Source: Longimicrobiales bacterium (GTDB lineage Bacteria > Gemmatimonadota > Gemmatimonadetes > Longimicrobiales > Gaopeijiaceae). From it: a DNA stretch of 64,000 nucleotides. Shown in pieces: positions 20,289 through 32,013 of this stretch. The notes beneath the pieces were generated by a model. It did no database searches. It saw nothing but the letters and a program-made list of their open reading frames with translations, and was not told the DNA's origin. The stretch's first letter is position 1, and each line of letters opens with the position of its first letter. The DNA lies in contig JAWLHJ010000004.1 in assembly GCA_041690395.1 (NCBI GenBank), forward strand, positions 337,365 to 401,364, given 5' to 3'. Made by a program: the position numbers and the translations under genes.

Positions 20289-23059
20289 CCGAGCCCCGTC
20301 CCGCGTCGGCGCTGCCAGGCCTTGTCCAGCTCACCACCCAGGATGACGGTGGCGCCCACGCCCACCACGATGCCCCACTGAGCCGGGTCGAGCGGCACGG
20401 TCCGGAAGACGGTCTGCAGTGGCCCCCAGTACAGCACCGCGATCTGCGCCAGGAGCGCCGCGGACAAGCTCACGAACAGGAAGCGGTTGGAGAACGGCGG
20501 CACACGGAGGATCGACCGCTCGAGCGACCGACAGTTGAAGACGTGGAAGAACTGGAAGACCACCATCTGGGTCATCGCCATGGTTCGCGCCGTGTCGAGA
20601 TCTCCGGTGGCCTCCATCGTCCACCAGAACGTGCCGAGGGTACCGGCGGCCAGGACGACACCGACACCGCCCAAACGCTCGAGCAACCTCCACGGGAGGA
20701 TGCCCTCTCCACGGGGTCTCGGCTTCTTGCTCAGGAGACCCGGCTCACCCGGCTCCACGGCCAGCGCGATGTCCTGCAATCCGTTGGTCACGAGGTTGAT
20801 CCAGAGGATCTGTGCAGCCACGAACGGAAGCGGCCATCCCGCGGCCAGAGCGACGAGAATGGTGATGACCTCCCCCACCGCGGTGGAGAGCAGGAAGAAG
20901 GTGACCTTCCGGATGTTGGCGAAGACCACGCGCCCTTCCTCCACCGCCGCGCGGATGGTGGCGAAGTTGTCGTCCTGCAGGACCATGTCGGACGCTTCGC
21001 GAGCCACGTCGGTTCCGGTGATACCCATGGCGATCCCGAGGTGAGCGGCCCGGAGCGCCGGGGCGTCGTTGACGCCGTCCCCGGTCACCGCGACCACTTC
21101 GCCCCGGATCCGCAGCCGCTCGACGATGCGCAGCTTGTGCTCCGGGGCCACGCGGGCGAAGACGCGCACGCCCTCGTCGAGCACACGGTCCAACTCCTCG
21201 TCGGAGAGCTCGGCGAGCTCCGCGCCTTCGACCGCGCGACTGTCGGACCGGGCCAGCCCCAGCTGCACGCCGATGGCGAGTGCCGTGGCGAGGTGGTCGC
21301 CGGTGAGCATCATGACCGCTACGCCCGCGCCCTGCACGGCGGCGACCGCGTCGATGGCCTCGGGCCTCACCGGATCCTCCATGCCCTGGAGCCCGCAGAA
21401 CACGAAGCCGTCCTCCGTCGCCTCGGCCCCCAACGCCGACTCCGTGGTGTCACGGTACGCCATGGCCAGAACCCTCAGCCCCTCACCTGCCAGATCATGC
21501 GCGGCCTTCCGTATCTCGCGCTCCCGCCCGCGGTCCAGCGAGGCCGTCCCGTCCTCACCCGACACGGCGATGCACCGGGCGAGGACCGCCTCCGGCGCCC
21601 CCTTCATGTAGATCCGGAATCCCTCACCGAACCGCACGAGCGTCGCCATGAACTGCAGCTCGGGCTCGAACGGAAGCAGGTCGAGCTCGGGAAAGAGCTC
21701 CCGCTCGGACTTCGGCGCGATACCGGCCTTGGCCGCGGCCACCAACAGGGCGACCTCCGTGGGATCGCCCAGGGGATTTCCATCGTCTCCGACGATGCGC
21801 GCATCCGCTTCGCTGGCGAGCACACCGGCACGCAGCGTCTCCAGTAGAGGCGGGCGATCGTCGGCGTTCACCGGCTCCCCGTCGGCCTGGATCCCCCCTT
21901 CCGCATCGTATCCCACGCCCGTGACGTCGAAGCGCGCCCCCGACGTCCAGATGGTCCGCACGGTCATCTCGTTCCGCGTGAGGGTCCCCGTCTTGTCCGA
22001 GGCGATGACCGTCGTGCTGCCCAGCGTTTCCACCGCCGGGAGCCTGCGGACGATTGCCTTGCGCGCCGCCATCCTGCGGACGCCCACGGCGAGGGTGACC
22101 GTCAGCACCACCGGAAGACCCTCGGGAATCGCAGACACCGCCAGGGCCACCGTCGTCATGAAGACCTCGGCCCACCCCAGGCCACGGAGGAAGCCGAGCA
22201 CCGCGGCGACCAGCGACAGCCCGACCAGGGCAATCCCCACCCGCTTCCCGAAGTCATGCACGCTGACCTGGAGCGGGCTCCGGACCTCGCCCGCCTGCTG
22301 GACGGCCTCGGCGATCCGGCCCACCTCGGTGCGGCCGCCGGTGAGGACCACCAGGCCGCGCCCCCTTCCCCGCGTCACCATCGTCGCGCCGAACGCCATG
22401 TTGATCTGGTCGCCGGCCACGGGGGTGCCCTCGAGCTCCGCCTGTGGATCCTTGCGCACCGGGACGGACTCACCGGTGAGCATGGACTCGTCGACCTCCA
22501 GGTCCACGGACCGGAGCAAGCGCAGATCCGCCGGCACCCGGGCTCCGGACGCCAGAAGCACCACATCTCCCGGGACGAGGTCCTCCGCGGCCACTTGCCG
22601 AACTTCTCCGTCCCGGAGCACCTCGGCCTTGGGCGCGCTCAGACGGGCCAGCGCCAGCATGGCCTGACGCGCCTTGAACTCCTGCACGAACCCGATCAAG
22701 GCGTTGAGGAGCACCACCACCAGGATGACCGCGGCATCGACGTAATCGTCCAGGGCGATGGTGACGGCCGCCGCTACCAGGAGGATATAGATGAGGGGAT
22801 CACGGAACTGGTGGATCGCCAGCGACCACCACGGCTCCACCTCTTCCACACGGATCGTGTTGGGGCCGTAGCGCCCTAGACGGGCCCGGGCTTCCTCCGA
22901 GCCAAGCCCGTCGGCAGTGCTCTCCAGCCGCAGGGTGGCCTCGTCGGACCGGAGGGACCACCAGGGTGTGGGCTCCGCGTCACCGGCCTGACCGGTCGCG
23001 CCAGCCCCTTCGGGCGCGGAGGGCCCTTCGTCTGGGGACCTGAGGGACCGGTTCGGCAC
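20285..23059 (-). CDS. Cation-transporting P-type ATPase (P2A/Ca2+-like)
   Basis: TGES, AIPEGLP, DKTGTLT, KGAPE, TGD, GDGVNDAPAL, QILWINLVTN. GTG start at 23059 inferred; the longer ORF runs through the divergent promoter. Confidence 0.93.
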   Translation of the reverse strand: MPNRSLRSPDEGPSAPEGAGATGQAGDAEPTPWWSLRSDEATLRLESTADGLGSEEARARLGRYGPNTIRVEEVEPWWSLAIHQFRDPLIYILLVAAAVTIALDDYVDAAVILVVVLLNALIGFVQEFKARQAMLALARLSAPKAEVLRDGEVRQVAAEDLVPGDVVLLASGARVPADLRLLRSVDLEVDESMLTGESVPVRKDPQAELEGTPVAGDQINMAFGATMVTRGRGRGLVVLTGGRTEVGRIAEAVQQAGEVRSPLQVSVHDFGKRVGIALVGLSLVAAVLGFLRGLGWAEVFMTTVALAVSAIPEGLPVVLTVTLAVGVRRMAARKAIVRRLPAVETLGSTTVIASDKTGTLTRNEMTVRTIWTSGARFDVTGVGYDAEGGIQADGEPVNADDRPPLLETLRAGVLASEADARIVGDDGNPLGDPTEVALLVAAAKAGIAPKSERELFPELDLLPFEPELQFMATLVRFGEGFRIYMKGAPEAVLARCIAVSGEDGTASLDRGREREIRKAAHDLAGEGLRVLAMAYRDTTESALGAEATEDGFVFCGLQGMEDPVRPEAIDAVAAVQGAGVAVMMLTGDHLATALAIGVQLGLARSDSRAVEGAELAELSDEELDRVLDEGVRVFARVAPEHKLRIVERLRIRGEVVAVTGDGVNDAPALRAAHLGIAMGITGTDVAREASDMVLQDDNFATIRAAVEEGRVVFANIRKVTFFLLSTAVGEVITILVALAAGWPLPFVAAQILWINLVTNGLQDIALAVEPGEPGLLSKKPRPRGEGILPWRLLERLGGVGVVLAAGTLGTFWWTMEATGDLDTARTMAMTQMVVFQFFHVFNCRSLERSILRVPPFSNRFLFVSLSAALLAQIAVLYWGPLQTVFRTVPLDPAQWGIVVGVGATVILGGELDKAWQRRRGTGLG

Positions 23060-23190
23060 GAAGTCAGCCTGGGAAAGGAACGAGCGTCGGGGCGGGCGGA
23101 GGGTCCGAATCACGCTAGCGACGGAAGGGATCGGCGGCAACGAGGGGGGGCGGGCAACAGATGGCCGACCGGTCAGACCGGATGCCGTGG

Positions 23191-23240
23191 TTGACACGAT
23201 TTTAGGACGACCTAATATTTCTATTTGAGGCCGTCCTAAA
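23191..23240 (+). promoter_or_regulatory. Sigma70 promoter overlapped by a tandem DtxR/MntR-like operator
   Basis: TTGACA (23191)-16nt-TAATAT, with TTTAGGACGACCTAA and TTGAGGCCGTCCTAAA boxes. Confidence 0.7.
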
Positions 23241-23258
23241 CCATGCAGGTATCCTCTC

Positions 23259-25478
23259 ATGCCCATGCATGCTTCCTTGTTGATCCCGACGCTGATTATC
23301 GGCTTCGCGCTCCCACCCTCAGGCCTGCGCGCCGCTCAGGACGCCGAGGTGGGGCACGCCCTGGCCGGCCGGGTGGTCGACGAGGCGGGCGCTCCCGTCG
23401 CCTTCGCGGAGGCCTCGCTCGCGGGCCGCCAGGGCTCGGCGCTGGCGGACCGGACCGGCCTGTTCCAGCTACGGGGGCTCCCCGTGGGCGGGCACCGGCT
23501 CGTCGTGTCCGCCACGGGCTACGCCACCACAGAGCACGAGGTCGACGTTCCGGCGGGCGCGCCCGCGACCATCGTGCTCAGGACGGACCCGGTCGCTCTC
23601 GAAGCGCTGACCGTGACCGGCACGATGCAGCGGACCTCGGTTGCCGAGTCCCCGGTCAAGATCGACGTCGTGCCCGGTCGTGTGCTCCAGCGCAACGCGA
23701 CGAACAACCTCACGGAGGCAATCCAGTACGTGAACGGCCTCTATACCCAGATCGACTGCGGCGTCTGCTACACGAACAGCATTCGGATCAACGGGATGGA
23801 GGGTCCCTATACCGCGGTCCTGATCGACGGGATGCCGCTGATGAGCGCGCTCGCTTCCGTATACGGACTCAACGGTCTGAACCCGGCGCTCATCGAACAG
23901 ATCGAGATCGTGAAGGGACCGGCCTCGACGCTGTACGGCTCCGAGGCGATGGCGGGGGTGATCAACGTGATCACCAAGGACCCCCGCTTCGCCCCGAAGC
24001 TCTCGGTCGATGCCCGCGCCACGTCGGATGCGGAGGGGAACCTGGACGGCGCCGTGGCCTCGGAGCCCGGAGACGTGAGCGGTTTCGTCAGCGGCAACGT
24101 GGCGTACAACCAGAGGTTCGTGGACGAAAACGGCGACGGGTTCACGGACTTCCCCCTGACCCGGCGCGCGGTCGTGTTCGCCAAGGTCGATAGATCCATG
24201 GACGGGATGCGGCGCGGAGGCCTGAGCGCCCGTTATCTCTGGGAGGATCGCTTCGGAGGCGTCGAGGCGTGGACTCCCGCCGACCGCGGAAGCGACCAGG
24301 TCTACGGCGAGTCGATCGTCACGCGACGGGCCGAGCTCATCGGCTCCTGGACCCCGGAGTGGAGCCCAGGGCTGCGGGTCGAAGGGTCGTACACGTGGCA
24401 CGACCAGCGGAGCCATTACGGCGACGCCTCGTTCGATGCCACCCAGCACGTCGGCTTCGCGAACGTGCTCCTCACGCGGCGCGTCGGGGCGCACGCGCTG
24501 CTCTTCGGCGCCACGACCCGGCTCGAGTCGTACGACGACGACACGCCCGCGACGCCGAGCGCCGACCGGCGCTGGGTGCCGGGTCTCTTCGTTCAGGACG
24601 AGGTACGGTTCGGGGGTGGCTCCACGGTGCTCGCGGGGGCACGAGTCGATCGCTACGGAGCGCACGGCCTCGTGGTCTCGCCTCGCCTGGCCCTCAAGTG
24701 GGAGCCCCTCGAGCACACGGCCCTCCGCCTGAACGCCGGCACCGGATTCCGGGCGGTCCATCTCTTCACCGAGGACCATGCCGCCCTCACGGGGTCCCGC
24801 GAGGTCATCATCGCGTCCGAGCTCGAGCCCGAGCGGTCGAGGAGCGTCACGCTGAACGTGAACCAGGTCGTCGAGTTCGGGCCGAACCCGATGATGATCG
24901 ACCTGGACCTGTTCCATACGCGCTTCAGCAACAAGATCGTCCCCGACTACGACGTCGACCCTCGGTGGATCGTGTACGACAACCTCGGGGGACACGCGGT
25001 GAGCCGGGGCATCTCGCTGTCGCTGAACCAGAACGTGGACTTCGACCGCTTCCTCTACTCGGTGGGCGTCACGTTCCAGGACGTCTTCACCGAGCGCGGC
25101 GGGACGCGGGAGGACGAGTTCTTCGCGCCGAGCACGCGCGCCGTTCTGGGCGCCACCTACAACGCGCGAGACCTGCCGTTCTCGCTCGATTACACCGGGT
25201 CCGTGACAGGGCCGATGCGGCTGCCGAGCTACGCGGCTCCGTTCGAGAGACCCGAGCGCTCAGCGACGTATTCGGTTCACAACCTGCAGGGCACGTGGCG
25301 GCTCGAGAACGGCACCCAGCTCTACCTGGGCGTGAAGAACCTGCTCGACTTCGTGCAGCCGAGCGCGCTCGTGAATCCGGCGGAGCCATTCAGCGACAGC
25401 TTCGACACGGCCTACGTATACGGGCCGCTGCGGGGTCGGCACCTCATGCTCGGGGTCCGCTACGGGCTTGCGCGATGA
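23259..25478 (+). CDS. TonB-dependent receptor
   Basis: Signal peptide, carboxypeptidase-regulatory-like N-domain, TonB box-like LTVTG, plug (VLIDG, IEIVKGPASTLYGSEAMAGVINVITK) and barrel ending with KNLLD...GVRY. Confidence 0.93.
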   Translation: MPMHASLLIPTLIIGFALPPSGLRAAQDAEVGHALAGRVVDEAGAPVAFAEASLAGRQGSALADRTGLFQLRGLPVGGHRLVVSATGYATTEHEVDVPAGAPATIVLRTDPVALEALTVTGTMQRTSVAESPVKIDVVPGRVLQRNATNNLTEAIQYVNGLYTQIDCGVCYTNSIRINGMEGPYTAVLIDGMPLMSALASVYGLNGLNPALIEQIEIVKGPASTLYGSEAMAGVINVITKDPRFAPKLSVDARATSDAEGNLDGAVASEPGDVSGFVSGNVAYNQRFVDENGDGFTDFPLTRRAVVFAKVDRSMDGMRRGGLSARYLWEDRFGGVEAWTPADRGSDQVYGESIVTRRAELIGSWTPEWSPGLRVEGSYTWHDQRSHYGDASFDATQHVGFANVLLTRRVGAHALLFGATTRLESYDDDTPATPSADRRWVPGLFVQDEVRFGGGSTVLAGARVDRYGAHGLVVSPRLALKWEPLEHTALRLNAGTGFRAVHLFTEDHAALTGSREVIIASELEPERSRSVTLNVNQVVEFGPNPMMIDLDLFHTRFSNKIVPDYDVDPRWIVYDNLGGHAVSRGISLSLNQNVDFDRFLYSVGVTFQDVFTERGGTREDEFFAPSTRAVLGATYNARDLPFSLDYTGSVTGPMRLPSYAAPFERPERSATYSVHNLQGTWRLENGTQLYLGVKNLLDFVQPSALVNPAEPFSDSFDTAYVYGPLRGRHLMLGVRYGLAR

Positions 25479-26071
25479 GGCGAGCCGCCTCCCTCCTGCC
25501 GCTGTCGCTCGCGGAATGCCCGACCCGGTTCATGGCCGTGGTCCTGGTGGCCCTTGGCGCGGCGTCGACCCTCGGGCCCGAGTCCGTCGATGGCCAGACG
25601 TCATCCTCCGGGATCGACGCCACGATCGACACCGCGCTCGTCACGTTCGGCGACGCGGACTACTCGTGGAAGATCCGGCCAATGGAGGGCGCCACCACGA
25701 CACTCGGGTCATTCCAGGGCGAAGTCCTCTTCATCAACCTGTGGGCGTCGTGGTGCGCGCCGTGCGTGCGCGAGCTCGCGAGCATCGAGCGGCTTCGTGA
25801 GCGACTCCGGGACACGGACGTGCGCTTCCTGATCGTGGCGGCCGAAGGAGAGCGGCCCGTCCGACGGTTCCTGCGTCGGTACGGCTATGACCTCCCCTTC
25901 TACCTAGAGGTATCCCGCATGCCCGCGACCTTCGGGCTCCGTGGGCTCCCCACCACCTGGGTCATCGACCGCGACGGGCACATCGTCCTGCTTCGACATG
26001 GCGAAGCGGTGTGGGACACGGACGAGGTGGAGGCCCTTCTACGGCGGGTCCGGGAGACAGACTCGCTCTAG
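25475..26071 (+). CDS. TlpA-family thiol-disulfide oxidoreductase
   Basis: [15 protein letters not shown] and [16 protein letters not shown] overlap with the receptor stop. Confidence 0.88.
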   Translation: MRRAASLLPLSLAECPTRFMAVVLVALGAASTLGPESVDGQTSSSGIDATIDTALVTFGDADYSWKIRPMEGATTTLGSFQGEVLFINLWASWCAPCVRELASIERLRERLRDTDVRFLIVAAEGERPVRRFLRRYGYDLPFYLEVSRMPATFGLRGLPTTWVIDRDGHIVLLRHGEAVWDTDEVEALLRRVRETDSL

Positions 26072-26072
26072 A

Positions 26073-26103
26073 TCTGGATCAATTCCAAATCTCAGGCTAT
26101 CTT
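26073..26103 (+). promoter_or_regulatory. Candidate FurA/PerR operator and -10 element
   Basis: Imperfect inverted repeat TCTGGA-TCAAT-TCCAAA, and TATCTT ending 5 nt before the fur ATG. Confidence 0.4.
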
Positions 26104-26108
26104 GTCGC

Positions 26109-28821
<2,713 letters not shown>

Positions 28822-28848
28822 TCACCGGCGGAGTGGTACAGGAGGGTC

Positions 28849-28887
28849 GAAGAGGGCGTCCCGGTCGGCGATCGGGGCGCCCTTTTC
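28849..28887 (+). terminator. Rho-independent terminator after katG
   Basis: Stem GAAGAGGGCGTCCCGGTC / GATCGGGGCGCCCTTTTC. Confidence 0.7.
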
Positions 28888-28985
28888 GATTACGAGAGTG
28901 CAGGCCTCATTCCTGGCACGATGGCGCACCGAGCGGTACGCGCGCCATCCTGATCGGCATGGATTCACCCGAACGGAGGCCACGG

Positions 28986-29732
28986 ATGAGTGAGCTCGCC
29001 TGGATCGTCGCCGGCGGCGTCGCCATGACGGCGATCGCCCTCGTCGGAAGCATTACGCTCCTCGTGCGGCCTTCGACGTTGGAGCGGCTCCTCCTCCCCC
29101 TCGTGGGCCTGGCGGCCGGCTCGCTCCTCGGCGGAGCGCTGTTCCACATGCTGCCCGAGGCGCTCGCTCGGGCGGAGAACGCCATGGGTCCGTGGGTCTG
29201 GGCCGCAGTCGGATTCACCTCGTTCTACGCGTTGGAACAGTTCATCCACGGCCACCACCGGCACCGTGACGCGGCGGCCGGGCGCGAGCCCGTCACGTAT
29301 CTCATCCTGGTCGCGGACGGTCTGCACAACTTCCTCGGGGGCCTCGCCGTCGCGAGCGCATTCCTCGTCGACATCCCCCTGGGGATCACGACGTGGCTGG
29401 TGGCGGCCGCGCATGAGGTGCCGCAGGAGCTGGGCGACTTCGGAGTTCTCGTGCACGGAGGATGGAGCCGCGGCCAGGCCCTTCTCGCGAACGTCCTCTC
29501 CGGCTCGACGTTCCTCGTCGGCGGACTCATCGCGTACATGGCGTCGCGATCGTTCGACGTGGCGTTCCTGCTCCCGTTCGCGGCGGGCAACTTCCTCTAC
29601 ATCGCGGCGGCCGACCTCGTCCCCGAGACCAATCGACCGCGAGGGACGGCGAGCGATTCCGTGGCCACGCTCGGGGCATTCCTCCTCGGCCTGGCGCTCC
29701 TGTACGTGCTCGCGATCGGCGTGAGGGGTTGA
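28986..29732 (+). CDS. ZIP-family divalent metal transporter
   Basis: AAGSLLGGALFHMLPEA, His-rich loop HGHHRH, DGLHNFLGG and AHEVPQELGDF. Confidence 0.92.
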   Translation: MSELAWIVAGGVAMTAIALVGSITLLVRPSTLERLLLPLVGLAAGSLLGGALFHMLPEALARAENAMGPWVWAAVGFTSFYALEQFIHGHHRHRDAAAGREPVTYLILVADGLHNFLGGLAVASAFLVDIPLGITTWLVAAAHEVPQELGDFGVLVHGGWSRGQALLANVLSGSTFLVGGLIAYMASRSFDVAFLLPFAAGNFLYIAAADLVPETNRPRGTASDSVATLGAFLLGLALLYVLAIGVRG

Positions 29733-29961
29733 ACGGACCGACCAAACGTTCCTTCCCTGACCTTCCGGGGCGAGCCAACACCTCCCATTATGAGACGTCG
29801 TGGCTCGCCCCTCGAGAGGCCACGCTCACTGGTTGTCGGATGGGACTTGCACGCGCTTCACCCCCTGGGCACCGCAGCTAGGCCGGACGGGATGACCGCT
29901 GATGGGACAACATGTCCCATGCACGCCAGGGCGGGCCGACCCACTGTAGACCGGAGGACCG

Positions 29962-32004
29962 ATGGGAACCGATGGCCGATGGGGCGACCGGAGCGCGGAG
30001 CGACACCACATGGTCGAGCACCAGCTCGCGCGCCGAGGGATCCGCGACAACCGCGTGCTGGATGCCATGCGCACGGTGCCGAGGGAGCGATTCGTCGGGG
30101 GGGACATGTCCGAGTTCGCCTACGACGACACACCCCTTCCCATCGAGGAGGGGCAGACGATCTCCCAGCCCTACATCGTGGCGGTCATGCTCGAGGCGCT
30201 GCAACTCCGCCCGGACGACCGGGTCCTCGAAGTCGGGGCCGGGTCGGGATACGCCGCCGCCGTGCTTGGCCGAATCGTGGCCCAGGTCTGGGCGATCGAG
30301 CGCTACCGGGCGCTCGCCGAGCGAGCGAGAAGGCGCACGGCCGAGCTGGGTTACGACAACGTCGAGATCGCGGCCGGTGACGGGACGCTCGGTTGGGGTG
30401 AGCACGCCCCGTTCGACGCGATCGTGGTGGCCGCCGGCGGGCCCGAGGTGCCGAAGCCCCTGCTCGACCAACTCGCGATCGGAGGGCGCCTCGTGATCCC
30501 GGTGGGCGTGGAGGCCCGGGCGCAGGAGCTGGTTCGCGTGACTCGCGTCGCCGAGCACGAATACGTCGAGGATCGTCTCGGCCGGGTGCAGTTCGTTCCC
30601 CTGATCGGGAGCGCGGGCTGGGCGATCGACGCCGGCGCGGAAGTGCGCCACCGCGCCGCGCGCCCGCTCCGGATCGCCACCGAGGACGGAGAGGAGGTCA
30701 GCGCGCTGATCGCCCAGCACTGTGCCCCGTTCGGTGCGCTCGAGCAGGCTGACCTCGCACCGCTCCTCGAACGGATCGGCGACGCGCGCATCGTGATGAT
30801 CGGGGAGGCCACGCACGGCACGTCCGAATTCTACCGCATGCGCGCCCGCATCACGCAGGCGCTCATCGAGGAGAAGGGATTCAACATCGTCGCCATCGAG
30901 GGCGACTGGCCCGACGTCGCGGCCCTCGACGCGCACGTTCGTCCAGAGGCGCGCAGGCCGCCCCCGGGACCTGCCTTTCAGCGCTTCCCCGCCTGGATGT
31001 GGCGGAACGAGGAGACCCGCGCCTTCGTGGACTGGCTTCGCCAGCACAACCAGGAGAGCTCGGACACGGCCCACCAGGTCGGGATGTACGGACTCGATCT
31101 GTATAGCCTGAACGCCTCGATCCGGGCAGTGCTCCGATTCCTCGACGAGGTCGACCCCGAGGCGGCCGAGTCCGCGCGCGTCCGATATGGGTGTTTCAGC
31201 CCATGGGAACTCGATCCCGCGGTGTATGGCCGGGCGGCCGCGGCTGGGCGCCTCGATGGCTGCGAGGAAGAGGTCCTCGATGTCCTCGACGAGCTGTTGA
31301 CGAGGCGTCTCGACTATGAGCTGCACGACGGTGCGAGCGTGTTCGACGCCGAGCGCAACGCCGTCGTTGTCCGCGAAGCCGAGCGCTACTACAGGGTCAT
31401 GTACCGGGGTTCCCGCGAGTCCTGGAACCTGCGAGACGCCCACATGTTCGACGTGCTCTCGGCGACGATGGAACATCGCGGTCCCGACGCGCGTGCCGTG
31501 GTCTGGGCCCACAACTCGCACGTGGGCGACGCGCGCGCGACGGAGATGGGTCAGCGCGGCGAGCACAACATCGGGCAGCTCGTGCGCGAGTCGTATGGTG
31601 AGGCGGCGTACAACATCGGATTCGGGACGCACCGCGGGACTGTGGCCGCGGCCGACGACTGGGACGGACCGATGCGGGTCATGCAGGTCCGTCCCTCCCA
31701 CCCGGACAGCTACGAGCGTCTCTGCCACGGCGCCGCCGTCGGGAACTTCATGCTCCCGCTCCGGCATCCCGCCGTGCCAGAGATCCGCCGGGCGCTGCTC
31801 GAGCCACGGTTGGAGCGCGCGATCGGAGTCGTGTACCGGCCGAGCACGGAGCTCGTCAGCCACTACTTCCAGGCGGTCCTTCCCGTCCAGTTCGACGAGC
31901 TGATTTGGTTCGAAGAGAGTAACGCGGTGCGCCCCCTGCCCGAGCGCGTCGTCGGCTCCAGGAGAGACGAAGATGTGCCCGAGACTTATCCGTTCGCCCT
32001 TTGA
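29962..32004 (+). CDS. Protein-L-isoaspartate O-methyltransferase fused to an erythromycin-esterase-like domain
   Basis: N-half: AYDDTPLPI, QTISQPY, LEVGAGSGY, APFDAI, VQFVPLIG. C-half: IGEATHGTSEFY, IEGDWPD, WNLRD, WAHNSH, PETYPF. Confidence 0.9.
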   Translation: MGTDGRWGDRSAERHHMVEHQLARRGIRDNRVLDAMRTVPRERFVGGDMSEFAYDDTPLPIEEGQTISQPYIVAVMLEALQLRPDDRVLEVGAGSGYAAAVLGRIVAQVWAIERYRALAERARRRTAELGYDNVEIAAGDGTLGWGEHAPFDAIVVAAGGPEVPKPLLDQLAIGGRLVIPVGVEARAQELVRVTRVAEHEYVEDRLGRVQFVPLIGSAGWAIDAGAEVRHRAARPLRIATEDGEEVSALIAQHCAPFGALEQADLAPLLERIGDARIVMIGEATHGTSEFYRMRARITQALIEEKGFNIVAIEGDWPDVAALDAHVRPEARRPPPGPAFQRFPAWMWRNEETRAFVDWLRQHNQESSDTAHQVGMYGLDLYSLNASIRAVLRFLDEVDPEAAESARVRYGCFSPWELDPAVYGRAAAAGRLDGCEEEVLDVLDELLTRRLDYELHDGASVFDAERNAVVVREAERYYRVMYRGSRESWNLRDAHMFDVLSATMEHRGPDARAVVWAHNSHVGDARATEMGQRGEHNIGQLVRESYGEAAYNIGFGTHRGTVAAADDWDGPMRVMQVRPSHPDSYERLCHGAAVGNFMLPLRHPAVPEIRRALLEPRLERAIGVVYRPSTELVSHYFQAVLPVQFDELIWFEESNAVRPLPERVVGSRRDEDVPETYPFAL

Positions 32005-32013
32005 CCTCCGGCG

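Noticed and set aside
24269..25474. Long N-terminal extensions of TlpA, and likewise SOD, MFS, lactonase and the P-type ATPase
   Set aside because: They overlap neighbouring genes or promoters and are low-complexity Arg/Pro/Gly translations. True starts lie downstream.
28914..28928. TGGCACG...GC resembling a sigma54 promoter upstream of ZIP
   Set aside because: GG-to-GC spacing is 9 nt rather than the required 10, and TTGC is missing.
30690..32004. Erythromycin resistance determinant
   Set aside because: Ere-like domains fused to Pcm are not evidence of resistance, and the substrate is unknown.
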